A stretch of 63,408 nt of DNA, the filler included, from Octopus bimaculoides (lineage: Eukaryota), in the NCBI RefSeq assembly GCF_001194135.2. It is 7 parts of 7 records of this genome, joined end to end, with 100 filler letters (N's around TTAATTAATTAA, not from the genome) between each part and the next. Parts side by side here need not be neighbours in the genome. Positions count along the whole stretch, not along the records: positions 6,222 to 31,010 come from NC_068997.1; 6 more parts are not named here. The stretch is one strand, 5' to 3'. Each line of letters begins with the position of its first letter. Positions within the stretch are counted from its first letter, which is position 1. Shown in pieces: positions 14,226 through 26,814 of this stretch. Under the pieces are notes generated by a model that was given only the letters and a program-made list of their open reading frames with translations, made no database searches and had not been told where the DNA came from. The position numbers were made by a program, and so were the translations under genes.

Positions 14226-14583
14226 CCTCTCTAAACAAGAAGCATATTAGATATATACAATGCAAGATGGTACTAAATATATGGGATGGCCATTGCTAGA
14301 AGGTTTTTGAGCATAGGACTGGTCATTCAAGGCTGACCTGATGCTAAACAACACTGACAGCCATGGCAATGACGACAACAACATTTAGCAATAGTCCTCG
14401 TTTCAGATGTAATTGGTAGAAAATTACTATTTTTTTAATCTTCCATTTCATCTAAATTACTTTCTACTAAATGAGAACCAATATTAATGTTGCCATTTTA
14501 ATGGTCAATTCTCCAGAGAGGGAGAGAGAGAGAGGGGGGAGATAGAGAGAGAGAGGGAGAGAGAGAGGGGGGAGAGAGAGAGG

Positions 14584-14621
<38 letters not shown>

Positions 14622-14889
14622 AACTAATAAGAATTTACTAGACAGTGCTAAATAATATAAGTCAGCAGGCTGCGATGGGAATTTCAGGTATAAAAAACTA
14701 ATTATTTAATGAGATAAATAAATAAATAAATAAATAAACAAATAAACAAATAAATAAATAAATACATTTTGTTTGTCCTCCTTCTTTTCCTGGGAAGCAA
14801 GAAGGGAATTGAAATGTTAATAAGTCAACCATAATAATTACAGACACAAGTGATGAAACTGAAATAATTATATGAACAAAGTTAATAGC

Positions 14890-14927
<38 letters not shown>

Positions 14928-15059
14928 ATCAATGAAGGAATCTCTGTACTGTCATTTGATTTGCAAGAAATAACTCTCATATAACTCAAATTGCATCTTG
15001 CTGTTTTAGAAAAGGAGGATGCTTTAGACAAAAGTAGTCAAATATATATAAAAAAAGAC

Positions 15060-15152
15060 ATGAAGTTTACTTGCCCAAGGTTCCACACAGAGGGACTGAA
15101 CCTGAAACCTCACAACTGAGAAGCAAACATCTTAAACCACACAACCACGTCT
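15060..15152 (-). mobile_element. SINE family A tRNA-like head fragment
   Basis: acttgcccaaggttccacacagagggactgaacctgaaacc...aaccacacaaccac matches the head of 20131-20566. Confidence 0.65.
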
Positions 15153-15973
15153 GCTCTTTGCATCTTAACTTTAAATCCACTGTAAGTGATTTGTGGGATA
15201 ATATTTACTTTTACCTACTTTAGTTTATGTAAAGTACATGGAAATGTTTGGTGGTATCTCTACCAGAACTATCTCTCAGGTGTTGTTCATCCATGGCTAT
15301 TTGAAAGCCACAGCATATTGCCAGTCTATCTATAAGCCAACCTGTCCATATTGGCTAATTGCAGGCTGGATGGGTAGCTCCAGTGGTTATGTTATTAGTT
15401 ATGTGGGAATACTTCTTCAAATAGAGTAGTATTCTATCCAGGAAAAATTTGTCTTTCATCCACTTCACTGTCATGTAACCATTCTCCAGCTTCAATTTGT
15501 AAGTACTGATGGTTTAGGATAAATTTTTCATTGAATGATCCTTAAAAGAATCTTCAATCATCAACAATTACCCTGAGGTAATTGGGGTAAATTATCACCA
15601 CCACTCCAGAGCACCTCAATGAGGTTGCTCAACCTGCTAAGAATAGTACCCAAATCTTCCTCAAATCATACCAGGTTTTCTTAAAAGAATGATGCGTTGG
15701 ATAATGTGGTCCTGAGGTCTCCTGCATATAGGGAAAAAACAGGAATACTTTTGATCATAGTTCTGCTTGATCAGGACTGACCAACAACATTGCTACTAGC
15801 AACACCATGACTAGCACTATAATCAAATCTCTACTAATAATGACAATAAAAAGCAGGTGGTCATGTCTGGAACACCTTTGATCATAGATCTATTCATTCA
15901 GCACTGATCTGGGGTTAAATAACTGAAACAACAACACTAACACTATCATTAAACCCAACAACACTTATGCCAG

Positions 15974-16060
15974 AGGACTAGACCAAGGTTCTCTGTCTCT
16001 TTTGGTATGGTTTTTACAGCTGGAAGCTTTTCCTAACACCAACCACATTACAGAGTGGAC
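15974..16060 (-). mobile_element. RTE-associated 3'-end motif fragment
   Basis: tggtttttacagctggaagcttttcctaacaccaaccac matches tttctatggctggattcccttcctgatgccaaccac in the 3' UTR of the RTE copy at about 21810-21845. Confidence 0.6.
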
Positions 16061-16061
16061 T

Positions 16062-16162
16062 AGAAATATGGTACACTTCATGAATCTGTATGTTATCCTT
16101 GCACAAGGCTATGCTAATCTTTTCAGTATCATTCCAATTTTAGTATATGTAGAGCCAAAGCG
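16062..16162 (-). pseudogene. RNU6: U6 snRNA pseudogene (near full length, 5'-most about 5 nt missing)
   Basis: The reverse complement aligns colinearly with canonical U6 (cgctttggctctacatatactaaaattggaatgatactgaaaagattagcatagccttgtgcaaggataacatacagattcatgaagtgtaccatatttct), roughly 80% identical by eye. Many of the differences are CpG transitions. Confidence 0.95.
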
Positions 16163-16486
16163 TGAAGGCACATGACTCAGTGGTTAGAGTGTCAGGCTCA
16201 CAATCATGAGGTAGTGAGTTCGATTCCTAGACCAGGCTGTGTATTGTGTTCTTGAGCAAGACTCTTTATTTCACATTGCTCCACTTCACTCAGCTGTAGA
16301 AATGAGTTGTGATGTCATTGGTGCCATGCTGTATCAACCATTGCCTTTCCCTTGGTTAATATTGGTGGTGTGGAGAGGGGAGGCTGGTATGCATGGGTGA
16401 CTGCTGGTCTCCCACAAGCAACTTTGCCTTGGAGGGTAACTTTCTCGGTTCAACCCCATGGTTATTCGTGGCTGAAGGGGATCTTC
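16163..16486 (+). mobile_element. tRNA-derived SINE (core-1 + tail-E)
   Basis: A-box tgactcagtggttagag and B-box gagttcgattcc; core tgtgttcttgagcaagactctttatttcacattgctccacttcactcagctgtagaaatgag. Confidence 0.85.
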
Positions 16487-17049
16487 ATCTCTTCACAGCT
16501 GAAGCTGTAGGGAAATTAGGGGCAGAAAAACGGTGAGTCTTAGAGGTTTGCTTTGAAGATAACCATTTGGTAAATGCATTTATAGCATAGTTTTATAGAG
16601 GGAGACACTGTTCGGTTGGCAACAGAAAGAAATGTGCATTGTTAAACCCATATCAGCTGTGATCTATCAGATCTATAACTGAAGGTCTTCTAGCCTTGCT
16701 CATCCCAACTTTTTATTTTCCAGCCACAATAGTTAGAAAAACTAACTATTGTGTCCTTACTTAAGTTGGAAGAGTAATGTACCAGTACAACTACCACCAC
16801 AACCCCCCCGCCCCATAATCATTGCTGTCATCGCTACTACTACCACCACAGCAACTGCCACCGCCACTGCTACCACCACCACCACCACCACCACCACACA
16901 CACATGGAAACATGGTCCACTATCCAAGGATGAGCTAGCTTCCAGCTATATTTTAAACTGATTAGATTTACAAACCACATGACATGTCTTTATAGGGTTG
17001 ATTGCTAGAATATTCCATCAGACACTGTCAACAGAACTGGCCTCATGAG

Positions 17050-17430
17050 GATGACAATCGTGATGTTGATGATGATGATAATGGTGTTGTAGTTGTTGTT
17101 GGTAGTGGTGATGATGATGACAGCTATAACAATGATCATGATGATGGTGTTGGTGGTGATGGTAGTGATGATGATGGTGATGATGATGATGATGGTGAAG
17201 ATGACAACAATGATGATGGTGATGATGATAGTCGTGCTAATGGTGATGGTGGTGATGATGCCGATCACAATGATGATGGTTGTAGTGGTGGTTATGGTGA
17301 TGCTGGTGGTGACGATGGAGGTGACAGTAATAATGACAATGACAATGACGATGATGATGATGATGATAATAATGATGATTGTGGTGGTGGTGGTGGTGGT
17401 GGTGGTGGTGACAGTAATAATGACAATGAC

Positions 17431-17474
<44 letters not shown>

Positions 17475-17550
17475 CGATGATGATGATAATAATGATGATT
17501 GTGGTGGTGGTGGTGGTGGTAGTGGTGGTGGTAGAAATGGTGATGATGTA
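17050..17550. repeat. Compound GAT/GGT trinucleotide microsatellite with an internally duplicated block
   Basis: (GAT)n and (GGT)n runs; the block gacagtaataatgacaatgac...gataataatgatgattgtggtggt occurs twice (about 17323 and 17410). Confidence 0.9.
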
Positions 17551-17831
17551 GAGGAGGAAGCACTAGAGAGAAGAATTGGTGAGGCAATGGACAGGCAGAG
17601 AGGAGATGGTAGGCGGCACCAATGTAGCTTGTACAGTGGCCAGACAATATCAATGTTGTTGTTAACAGATGGTGTTGACTTAAAGTAATCAATACTGCGG
17701 CTCATTGCTTCTCTCGAATACTGATTACATTGCATGGAATAAAAAAGCTGATGCATAGTTATCCCTCTCTCTCTCTCTCTTCTCCTTCTCCCAGCTCTCT
17801 CATTTCCTGTCCTTCTGTGTGCGTGTATGTT

Positions 17832-17864
<33 letters not shown>

Positions 17865-18942
17865 GTGTGTTTGTGTGTGTGTGGTTGGCGTGTTGTGTGT
17901 GTGTGTGTGTAAATCATGGTAACTGGAAAAAAATATTTTGTAAATGTAATAAGAATAATTCTTCTTGTAAAGTCTGGCAAAGGGCTCAGTGAATTAGAAT
18001 AATTTGGATTCACGAAGATGATTAAATAATATAAGTCATTTTTATTATATTGTATCGCGCGCACACACACACACACACACACNNNNNNNNNNNNNNNNNN
18101 NNNNNNNNNNNNNNNNNNNNNNNNNNNNNNNNNNNNNNNNNNNNNNNNNNNNNNNNNNNNNNNNNNNNNNNNNNNNNNNNNNNNNNNNNNNNNNNNNNNN
18201 NNNNNNNNNNNNNNNNNNNNNNNNNNNNNNNNNNNNNNNNNNNNNNNNNNNNNNNNNNNNNNNNNNNNNNNNNNNNNNNNNNNNNNNNNNNNNNNNNNNN
18301 NNNNNNNNNNNNNNNNNNNNNNNNNNNNNNNNNNNNNNNNNNNNNNNNNNNNNNNNNNNNNNNNNNNNNNNNNNNNNNNNNNNNNNNNNNNNNNNNNNNN
18401 NNNNNNNNNNNNNNNNNNNNNNNNNNNNNNNNNNNNNNNNNNNNNNNNNNNNNNNNNNNNNNNNNNNNNNNNNNNNNNNNNNNNNNNNNNNNNNNNNNNN
18501 NNNNNNNNNNNNNNNNNNNNNNNNNNNNNNNNNNNNNNNNNNNNNNNNNNNNNNNNNNNNNNNNNNNNNNNNNNNNNNNNNNNNNNNNNNNNNNNNNNNN
18601 NNNNNNNNNNNNNNNNNNNNNNNNNNNNNNNNNNNNNNNNNNNNNNNNNNNNNNNNNNNNNNNNNNNNNNNNNNNNNNNNNNNNNNNNNNNNNNNNNNNN
18701 NNNNNNNNNNNNNNNNNNNNNNNNNNNNNNNNNNNNNNNNNNNNNNNNNNNNNNNNNNNNNNNNNNNNNNNNNNNNNNNNNNNNNNNNNNNNNNNNNNNN
18801 NNNNNNNNNNNNNNNNNNNNNNNNNNNNNNNNNNNNNNNNNNNNNNNNNNNNNNNNNNNNNNNNNNNNNNNNNNNNNNNNNNNNNNNNNNNNNNNNNNNN
18901 NNNNNNNNNNNNNNNNNNNNNNNNNNNNNNNNNNNNNNNNNN

Positions 18943-18987
<45 letters not shown>

Positions 18988-19599
18988 CATACATATATAT
19001 ATGTGTGTAGAGAGAGAGATACAGACACACAAACATCCAGACACACAAACACAGACATGCACACACATACTAACAGGCACTGACACTTACACATATGCAT
19101 ACACACTCAGAAACACACAAATACACACACAAAAATACATTCATGTAAGCATACGTTTACACACACATGCCCTTATATATCAGGTTTACTGTTGCTATGG
19201 TGACTGTTGTTCTGAACATATGAGAGGATAGGATATGTATCAACAGATGTTAATCAAAGTGATCATGTTGATGATGATGAGGGTTATTAAGATAATGACA
19301 GAGATGATGAAGGCAAGGGATTTTAATGCTTACGGTGATGTTGATGGTGGTGGTGGTGGTGGTGGTGCTGCTGCTGATGATGATGACAATGAATTGCGAA
19401 TATGATGATGATGATGATGATGATGATGAAGATGGTGATGAGGAGCATGATTATGATAATGTCTGAATAAAGTAAGCATCAGAATATGAAACAAAAGAAA
19501 TAAAACTATAAACAGATAAGCAAATAAATAGAAACCTAAGATCAGTGAGGAGATAAAAATACATTTTCTACGTTTCTGTGGAAAGTGAGGAATTTCATT

Positions 19600-19975
19600 C
19601 TCTTTGATGTTGTTATATTGACATTGGTGGAATATGTTGTGAGCAGGGTCAGCAGGGTTGCCAATAGGAGTGAGCTAGTGCTGGAGAAGAAGGGCTGAGC
19701 TTCAAGTCATAGGAATGCTAGGAAGTGAGATAGTTAAGGGTTAGGAGGATTGAGCTTAAGTATGTTGAAAGAATTCCAAGGGAGTGATAGTTCCTGGGAG
19801 GAACAGTTGGAAATGCGGAGGGAATATGTGGATGAAATCCTGAGGTGGTAGGACTGGATACCAGTAAATTGCACTGGTTTCAGGGGGTGATAACTCTGGG
19901 AGTAGGGGGTTCAGCATGTAGGAGTTGCAGACAGGGAAGGTGGGGATGTCAAAGTTTTGCATGCAATCTGCATAT
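19600..19975 (-). mobile_element. Degraded LINE ORF2 C-terminal fragment (similar type to 13099-14225)
   Basis: The minus strand reads LNPLLPELSPP and HIFPPHFQLF, with a position and composition resembling the C-terminus of the 13.1 kb element. Heavily decayed. Confidence 0.4.
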
Positions 19976-20130
19976 GTGTGAACAAATGAGGGAGCTTCTA
20001 CACAGTTGCTCTACGTGGTAAAAACAGCAGCAAAATCTTCCTCAAATTATAAGCTGCCATCTTAAAAGAAAGAAGGAAGAAAGAAACATATATTTGATAA
20101 CGTAGTTGTAGGTGCACTCTCTTTTATTAC

Positions 20131-20566
20131 ACTCTTTTATTCTTTTATTTGTTTTAGTCATTTGACTGTGGCCATGCTGGAGCACCACCTTTAGTTGAAT
20201 AAATTGACTCCAAGACTTATTCTTTGTAAGCCTAGTACTTATTTTATTGGTCTCTTTTGCTGAACCTCTAGGTTACGGGGATGTAAACACACCAGCATTG
20301 GTTGTCAAGTGATGGTGGGGGACAAATATAGACACACAGACACACAGACACACACACAGACACACACACAGACACACACACACACACACACACACCCACA
20401 CACGATGGGCTTCTTTCAGTTTCCATCTACCAAATCCACTCACAAGGCTTTGGTCGGCCCGAGGCTATAGTAGAAAATGCTTGCCCAAGGTGACACTCAG
20501 TAGGACTGAACCTGAAACGATGTGGTTGGTAAGCAAGCTACTTACCACACACCCACTCCTGCATCT
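20131..20566 (-). mobile_element. Full-length SINE family A
   Basis: The minus strand has a tRNA head (A-box gtgggtgtgtggtaag, B-box ggttcagtcc), body caccttgggcaag...gatttggtagatggaaactgaaagaagccc, a TG linker, and tail ggtggtgctccagcatggccacagtcaaatgactaaaac. Confidence 0.9.
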
Positions 20567-20629
20567 GTAGCAATTCTGTTAATCCACTATCCTCTAACTG
20601 TTTCTAACCTAAAATAGGTACAACACCAG

Positions 20630-21025
20630 AATAATTAAGGAGTGGTTACTTAATTAAATCAAACCCAGTATTTGACTGGTACTTTATTTTATTGAACCTG
20701 AGAAGATGAAAAGTAAAGTTGACCATGGCAGGATTTGAACTCAGAAAATAAAGAGCTGGAACAAATAATGCAAGGCAATTTATTTGATGTTCTACCATTT
20801 ACTTATAGACCATAGAAGGGTGAAAAAAAAACATGCCTGAAGTTTTGTGGGAGGGGTCTAGTCAATTACCTGGACTTCAATGCTAAACTGGTTCTTATTT
20901 CATTGACCCCAAAAGAATGAGAGGCAAAGTCAACCTTAGCAGAATTTGAACTCAGAATGTAAAAAATGGACAAAGTGCTGCCAAGCATTTTGCTTGGCAT
21001 GCTAATGATTCTATCAGCTTGCCAT
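20630..21025 (-). mobile_element. Two tandem SINE family C copies
   Basis: Both contain ttttattgaccc...gatgaaaggcaaagttgacc...gatttgaactcagaa, as in the clean copy at 32417-32635. Confidence 0.75.
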
Positions 21026-21039
21026 CAGCAATAGTATTG

Positions 21040-21690
21040 ATAATTTGTTTTATTAGTCACAGGAACATTAGAAAGAACAGAGATAGATTACATATAGTGC
21101 ATGTGGGGATTATATAAAATCAGATGAAGATGAAAAAGAGTGAGATAAAAAGTATACATAATATACATGACATGAAATAAATTTGAATATTAGAGAGCCT
21201 AGCTGTGAGAGAAATAACAATGTAAAAACATTAGTCAGTGTTTTTAATGGGTATAAAAAGAGAAGAGAGTCTCTTGAATCATCTCATGGTTGATTGTTTT
21301 CCATAGTATACAAATGCATAAGTGATAGTCCTCCAGTTACAGGAATATCCCAATGTAAGCAAACCCTTGACACAAGAGGACAACTCAGGTAAATCAGAGA
21401 GCCTCAAAGATCACCCTGACCATGAGGTGTCCTTTTCTAACGGCTGTTCTCTGACCTTTAGGTTCATACTTAGAGGAAGTTCCATTTTTATCAAGATCAT
21501 CCACTGTTTGCCAAATTTACTATTCCACCCTCCCTTTCTTTACCTGATGGAACTTGAGGAAGTTGACGAGGGCTTGACCTAAAGAGGAAGATGTCTGCCC
21601 TCAAGCCTTTCAGCTTCATCTCCTGTACAACCTCTTTATCATAGTCACCTGTGAGAAGAAAACTGCTTGCCTTGCCCAATTAAAGAGGTA
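21040..21690 (-). mobile_element. Probable LINE 3' end (L1/Tx1-like, unclassified)
   Basis: Decayed reading frames (EMKLKGLRADIFLF...) are followed by a pyrimidine-rich 3' UTR ending ctaataaaacaaa. The clade is a guess. Confidence 0.35.
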
Positions 21691-21702
21691 AACATTCAAT
21701 AA

Positions 21703-23600
21703 TCATCATCATCATTGTCATTTAGCATCCGTTTTCCATGGCTTAAATGGCTTCACTGGAACTGATAAACCAGAGAGCTGCACCAGGTTCCAGTCTGAAT
21801 TTGACTTGCTTTCTATGGCTGGATTCCCTTCCTGATGCCAACCACTCTGAGAGTGTAGTGGGTGCCTTTTACATATCACCGGCATGAGTGCTTTTACTTG
21901 TCACAAGTACGGGTACTTTTATGTGTCACTGGTATGGAAGCTGTTATGTATCACTGGCATAATCCACACTGCCAGATATTTTATGCATCTCAGCAGTGAA
22001 TTCTGGTGCGCCAGGGGCTTTCCCTGTCTTGATGTCCATCATGGCTTTATCTATCAAGCTACTGTCTATTTGGATAGCTGGTCCCTCTGTTGGATCCACC
22101 TTAGGTAGACTCTCCTTCTCCCAAGAGTTCTCTACATTTAGCAGCCTTTCATAGTGGCACTTCTCAGCAGAGTCATTAACTGCAAGTGAACCATCATTCA
22201 TGCAAATGCACTTCTCTCCAACATCACAGTTTTCCCTGACACACTGTTTTGCAAGCCCAAACACTTCAAACCACTTATTCTCACATTGCAGAACATTGGC
22301 AAACCTCTCCCTCTTCCACCCTGGCTAGGTATATCTACCTCCTAACTTCCCTTCTAGCTACCTGATATAGTTCCTTGATAGCACCACTCTTCCAGTCCTT
22401 GCAGGCCTGCTTCTTTGCGCTAATGGCCCTGTCAACTACACTGTTCCACCACCACGTTGCTCTGGGTCTGGTTGGGATTTTGCACCAGCCACAGATTAGG
22501 TCAGTGGCTCTCAGTAAGTTGTCTTGTAGGAACTTCCAGTTGTCCTCTATGTTGCATGTCTATAGCTCCTCCCGCTTCTAATTAAATTCTTCATTTAGAA
22601 CATCTCTAAATCTCTGACAATTCAGAGGATCCTTAAGTTTCCAGGTCGCTTCTTTTCCAAATTGGCATGTTTTTTTGAATCCTTCTTGTCTGCAGTCTGA
22701 AATCACTGACTAATCTATGTTGAGGAGTACATATTTCACCTGAGAAGGTGTTTGCATTTATGAGCAATCATGGATCACGCTTTCTGGTGAGAGTGTAGTC
22801 AATCTGGCTGATGTAGTCACCAGATTTATAGGTTATTGGATGATTGGCAGGTTTCCTGAAGTTGGTGTTGCAGATCATTAGGTTATTCGCATCACAGAAC
22901 TCCAGCAACCTTGTTCCCTCTTCATTTTGGGAACCAATTCCATGGCTCCTATGTACTCCATGGAAGACACCTGGGTGCTGCCAAACATGTCTGTTGAAAT
23001 CATCAGCCATGAAGATAAGGTCACTGTAATTCATCTTTGAGGTAGCTTGCAGAAGAATGTCATAAAAGTGGTCCTTTTGTTTATTTAGTAGACCTGGATG
23101 CGGGGTATAGGCAGAAATGATTGTTGCTGTGCAGCTCTGTAAAACTAACCTAAGCTTGTGTACCCTATCACATACTCCATCTACCTCAGTCACTTTACTG
23201 GCCCATTTCTCTGCTAGAAGTATGTCCACACCTTCTTCCCCATCACTGTTGCCCTCCCAGAAGAGTTTATACCTATGCCTCTTGCCTGTGAGGAACTTGT
23301 CTGAAGATCCCTGCCACCTTACTTCTTGAAAGCAGCACACATCAACACGCCTCCATTCAAGCATCTCAACAATCTCGCCAGACCTTCCTTTCAATGTGCT
23401 TACATTGACAGTGACAAATGTGAGGGAATGTATGGGGAGGCAGGAGATAACATGAGGTAGGGGAACTGCAGCGTTCTGCATTTGAAAAAAAGGTTCTAAA
23501 GAGTGTTTGCCTATAGACATGCTATAACAGTTGTCTTCACATTTAATCTCCCATCATTCATATTACACTTGCTGCCTCCACTGGGTGTGGTTGCTATACA
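21703..23600 (-). mobile_element. RTE-clade LINE lacking its RT domain
   Basis: An APE endonuclease ORF and a decayed linker ending DIKTGKAPGAPEFTAEMHK are joined at about 21960 directly to a 3' UTR and (GAT)n tail. Confidence 0.85.
22768..23520 (-). pseudogene. RTE apurinic/apyrimidinic-like endonuclease domain (250 aa, premature stop)
   Basis: Motifs TVNVSTL, DVCCFQEVRW, IISAYTP, DDFNRHV, NEEGTRLLEFC, ICNTNF and SQIDY are typical of the RTE EEP domain. Confidence 0.9.
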
Positions 23601-23828
23601 ACATTAGTACAAGTGATGTTAGTATAAATACAATTAGTCAATAAGTTAAATAAATAAATAAGAATAGTGTAGTTAATTTGTTATATATAGTTAGTTGACT
23701 AATTAATTAACTGTGCAATAAACTGAGTACTGCATGGTCACGTTTAGTGTTATTTTCTTTGGAGCGAAGTAACATATTACAGTATTTGTGTTGCAGTAGT
23801 GTGACACTACTGGGGGAGAGGGGCAATG

Positions 23829-23990
23829 ATTCAAGATTTTGGCACAAGGCCAGTAATTTTGGGGGTGGGGCTAAGTCAATTACATAACCCCAGTGTTCAA
23901 CTGGTGCTTATTTTATTGACCCAAAAGGGATGAAAGGCAACGTCAACCTTGGCAGAATTTGAACTCAGAACATTCTGCCAGCTCGCCACC

Positions 23991-24032
<42 letters not shown>

Positions 24033-25378
24033 GTTTTAAATTTTGGCACAAAACCAGCAGATTTATGGGAAGGGGTTTAGTTGATTACATTGACCTCAGC
24101 ACTTGACTGTTATTTTATTAACTCTGAAAGGATGAAAAGTAAAGTTGACCTCATCAGAATTTGAACTCAGAACATAAAGAGCCGAAACAAATGTCACAAA
24201 ACATTTTTTCTGATACTCTAAAGACTCTGTCAGCTCATTGCCTTAAATTATTCTAATNNNNNNNNNNNNNNNNNNNNNNNNNNNNNNNNNNNNNNNNNNN
24301 NNNNNNNNNNNNNNNNNNNNNNNNNNNNNNNNNNNNNNNNNNNNNNNNNNNNNNNNNNNNNNNNNNNNNNNNNNNNNNNNNNNNNNNNNNNNNNNNNNNN
24401 NNNNNNNNNNNNNNNNNNNNNNNNNNNNNNNNNNNNNNNNNNNNNNNNNNNNNNNNNNNNNNNNNNNNNNNNNNNNNNNNNNNNNNNNNNNNNNNNNNNN
24501 NNNNNNNNNNNNNNNNNNNNNNNNNNNNNNNNNNNNNNNNNNNNNNNNNNNNNNNNNNNNNNNNNNNNNNNNNNNNNNNNNNNNNNNNNNNNNNNNNNNN
24601 NNNNNNNNNNNNNNNNNNNNNNNNNNNNNNNNNNNNNNNNNNNNNNNNNNNNNNNNNNNNNNNNNNNNNNNNNNNNNNNNNNNNNNNNNNNNNNNNNNNN
24701 NNNNNNNNNNNNNNNNNNNNNNNNNNNNNNNNNNNNNNNNNNNNNNNNNNNNNNNNNNNNNNNNNNNNNNNNNNNNNNNNNNNNNNNNNNNNNNNNNNNN
24801 NNNNNNNNNNNNNNNNNNNNNNNNNNNNNNNNNNNNNACTGCCGCCGCCACTGCCGCCGCCACTGCCGCCGCCACTGCCGCCGCCACTGCCGCCGCCACT
24901 GCCGCCGCCACTGCCGTCACAGCAGCAGCAGCAGCAACAACAACAATTATAATACTAATAGTCTAAAATTTTGGCGCAAGGCCGGTAATTTCAGGCTGGG
25001 GGCTAAGTCGATTACTTTGACCACACTACTCAACTGATAGTTATTTTATCGACTCCAAAAAGACGAAAGGCAAAGTTGACCTTCAGAATGTGAAGTTGGA
25101 TAAAATACCGTTAATCATTTTTGCCTGACATGCTAACAATTCTGCCAGCTTGATACCTTAGTAATAATAATGATAATCCTTTCTATTATAGCTACAAAGA
25201 CTGAAACTTGGGGTGAGAGCTTAAGTCGATTACATTGACCCCAGTATTCAACTAGTACTTAAAAGATGAAAGCAAAGTTGACCTTGGCGGAATTTGAACT
25301 CAGAATGTAGGGAGGGTTGTGAAATACTGCTATGCATTCTGCCTGGCATGCTAATGATTCTGCCAGCTCACTGCCTTA
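23829..25378 (-). mobile_element. Stack of four same-orientation SINE family C copies
   Basis: Copies at about 23829-23993, 24031-24244, 24961-25160 and 25176-25378, separated by AAT-rich tails and one gap. Confidence 0.8.
24838..24916. repeat. 12-bp GC-rich minisatellite (ACTGCCGCCGCC)n, about 6.5 units
   Basis: Directly visible; truncated by the gap on the left. Confidence 0.95.
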
Positions 25379-25379
25379 A

Positions 25380-25434
25380 ATAATGATAATAATAATAATA
25401 ATAATAATAATGACAGTAGTAGTAGTAGTAGTAA

Positions 25435-25469
<35 letters not shown>

Positions 25470-25470
25470 A

Positions 25471-25529
<59 letters not shown>

Positions 25530-25540
25530 ACAACAACAAC

Positions 25541-25592
<52 letters not shown>

Positions 25593-25629
25593 TTAATAAT
25601 AATAATGACAGTAGTAGTAGTAGTAGTAA

Positions 25630-25697
<68 letters not shown>

Positions 25698-25702
25698 ACA
25701 AC

Positions 25703-25762
<60 letters not shown>
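25380..25762. repeat. Compound (AAT)n-(AGT)n-(AAC)n-(AAT)n microsatellite duplicated as a higher-order unit
   Basis: The pattern aatgac-(agt)n-aat-(agt)n-(aac)n-(aat)n occurs twice. Confidence 0.9.
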
Positions 25763-25764
<2 letters not shown>

Positions 25765-26506
25765 CTACAACAACAGCAATAATGTTAATGATAATCTATA
25801 TCAAATTTCTTAATTAGCAGCTCCTGATGTTGGTAAGTTCCACTGTAATCTCAGACATCTTGTAAAATTCTTTCACTCTGTTGTCTTCAGTCTTGCTGAG
25901 TGACATAGTGTCTGTCTGCCTGTCTATCTCTCTTTCCAATTACACACACTCACACACATTTGCATTCGTACATATGAACGACAGAGTCAATACTTTATGT
26001 TTATAAGTCATATCATATGTATGTGTGTATGTGTGTATGTGTATGTGTGTGTGTGTGTGTGTGTGTATGTGTGTATGTGCATGCATGTGTGTGTATGTAT
26101 ATATGCTTTGTGCATTTGTGTATACATGTTTGATATTAGAAGAATGTGTGTGTATAAGTGTTTGATATTTATATCAGGTTTATGTGACCAAGTTCTGTAT
26201 GTATACATGTGTGAGGACGTATCTGTTAACATATATATGTTGATGTGTTTCTTCCAGCATACACATTATTTTCTATTGTTCTTTATTCCTCAATAGAGGG
26301 AAGGTTTTTTCTTTATGTTGATGCAAAAAAAAAAAAGAATTCTTCTTTGAGGGTTTCAAAACCCAGAAAGAAACTGGAAATTATTTTAGGCAATAAAGGA
26401 TTATGTGTAAAAGTACATTGGTTGAAATATTTTATCGTTGCAATGTACTGTTTATGCCAAAATCCCAGAAAACCCAAATTGATAGACAAACTTTAATTTT
26501 AGAATT

Positions 26507-26721
26507 AGGCACAGGTATGGCTGTGTAGTAAGAAGTTATTTGCTTCCCAACTGGTTCACTCCCACAGCGTGGCACCTGTAACCTAGCAATTTGTCAAAAG
26601 AGATTGATAGAATAAATACCAGGCTTTAAAAAAAGTACTGGGTTGATTCATTCAACTAAAATTCTTCAAGACAGTGCCCTAGCATAGCTACACTCTAATG
26701 ACCGAAACAAGTCAAGATAAA
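26507..26721 (+). mobile_element. Internally deleted SINE family A variant
   Basis: The head aggcacaggtatggctgtgtagtaag...gtggcacc joins directly to the tail segment tgtaacctagc...gatagaataaatacc...gtgccctagcatagctac. Confidence 0.65.
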
Positions 26722-26790
<69 letters not shown>

Positions 26791-26814
26791 ATAGATATAC
26801 ATAAATCATTAAAT

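Noticed and set aside
15235-15600. Possible Tc1-like remnant or exon (MFGGIS...LFIHGYLKATAY)
   Set aside because: The resemblance to the Tc1 VWG...FI.G motif is too weak, and no TIRs or strong donor were found.
16062-16162. Functional U6 gene
   Set aside because: Substitutions in conserved positions, including the ACAGAGA box, a missing 5' end, and a SINE where the upstream promoter should be.
17002-17756. Overlapping poly-D/G, poly-M/V, poly-H and poly-S/P ORFs
   Set aside because: Five frames are open simply because GAT/GGT repeats contain few stops. There is no homology or convincing splice context for the unique 17560-17720 part, though an exon there cannot be fully excluded.
24243-24920. 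MTAVAAAVAAAV alanine-rich ORF
   Set aside because: A 12-bp minisatellite read into a gap, lying between SINE copies.
25820-25915. Short protein-like ORF MSLSKTEDNRVKEFYK (minus) and a plus-strand gtaagt donor
   Set aside because: 30 codons, conflicting strand signals and no recognisable homology.
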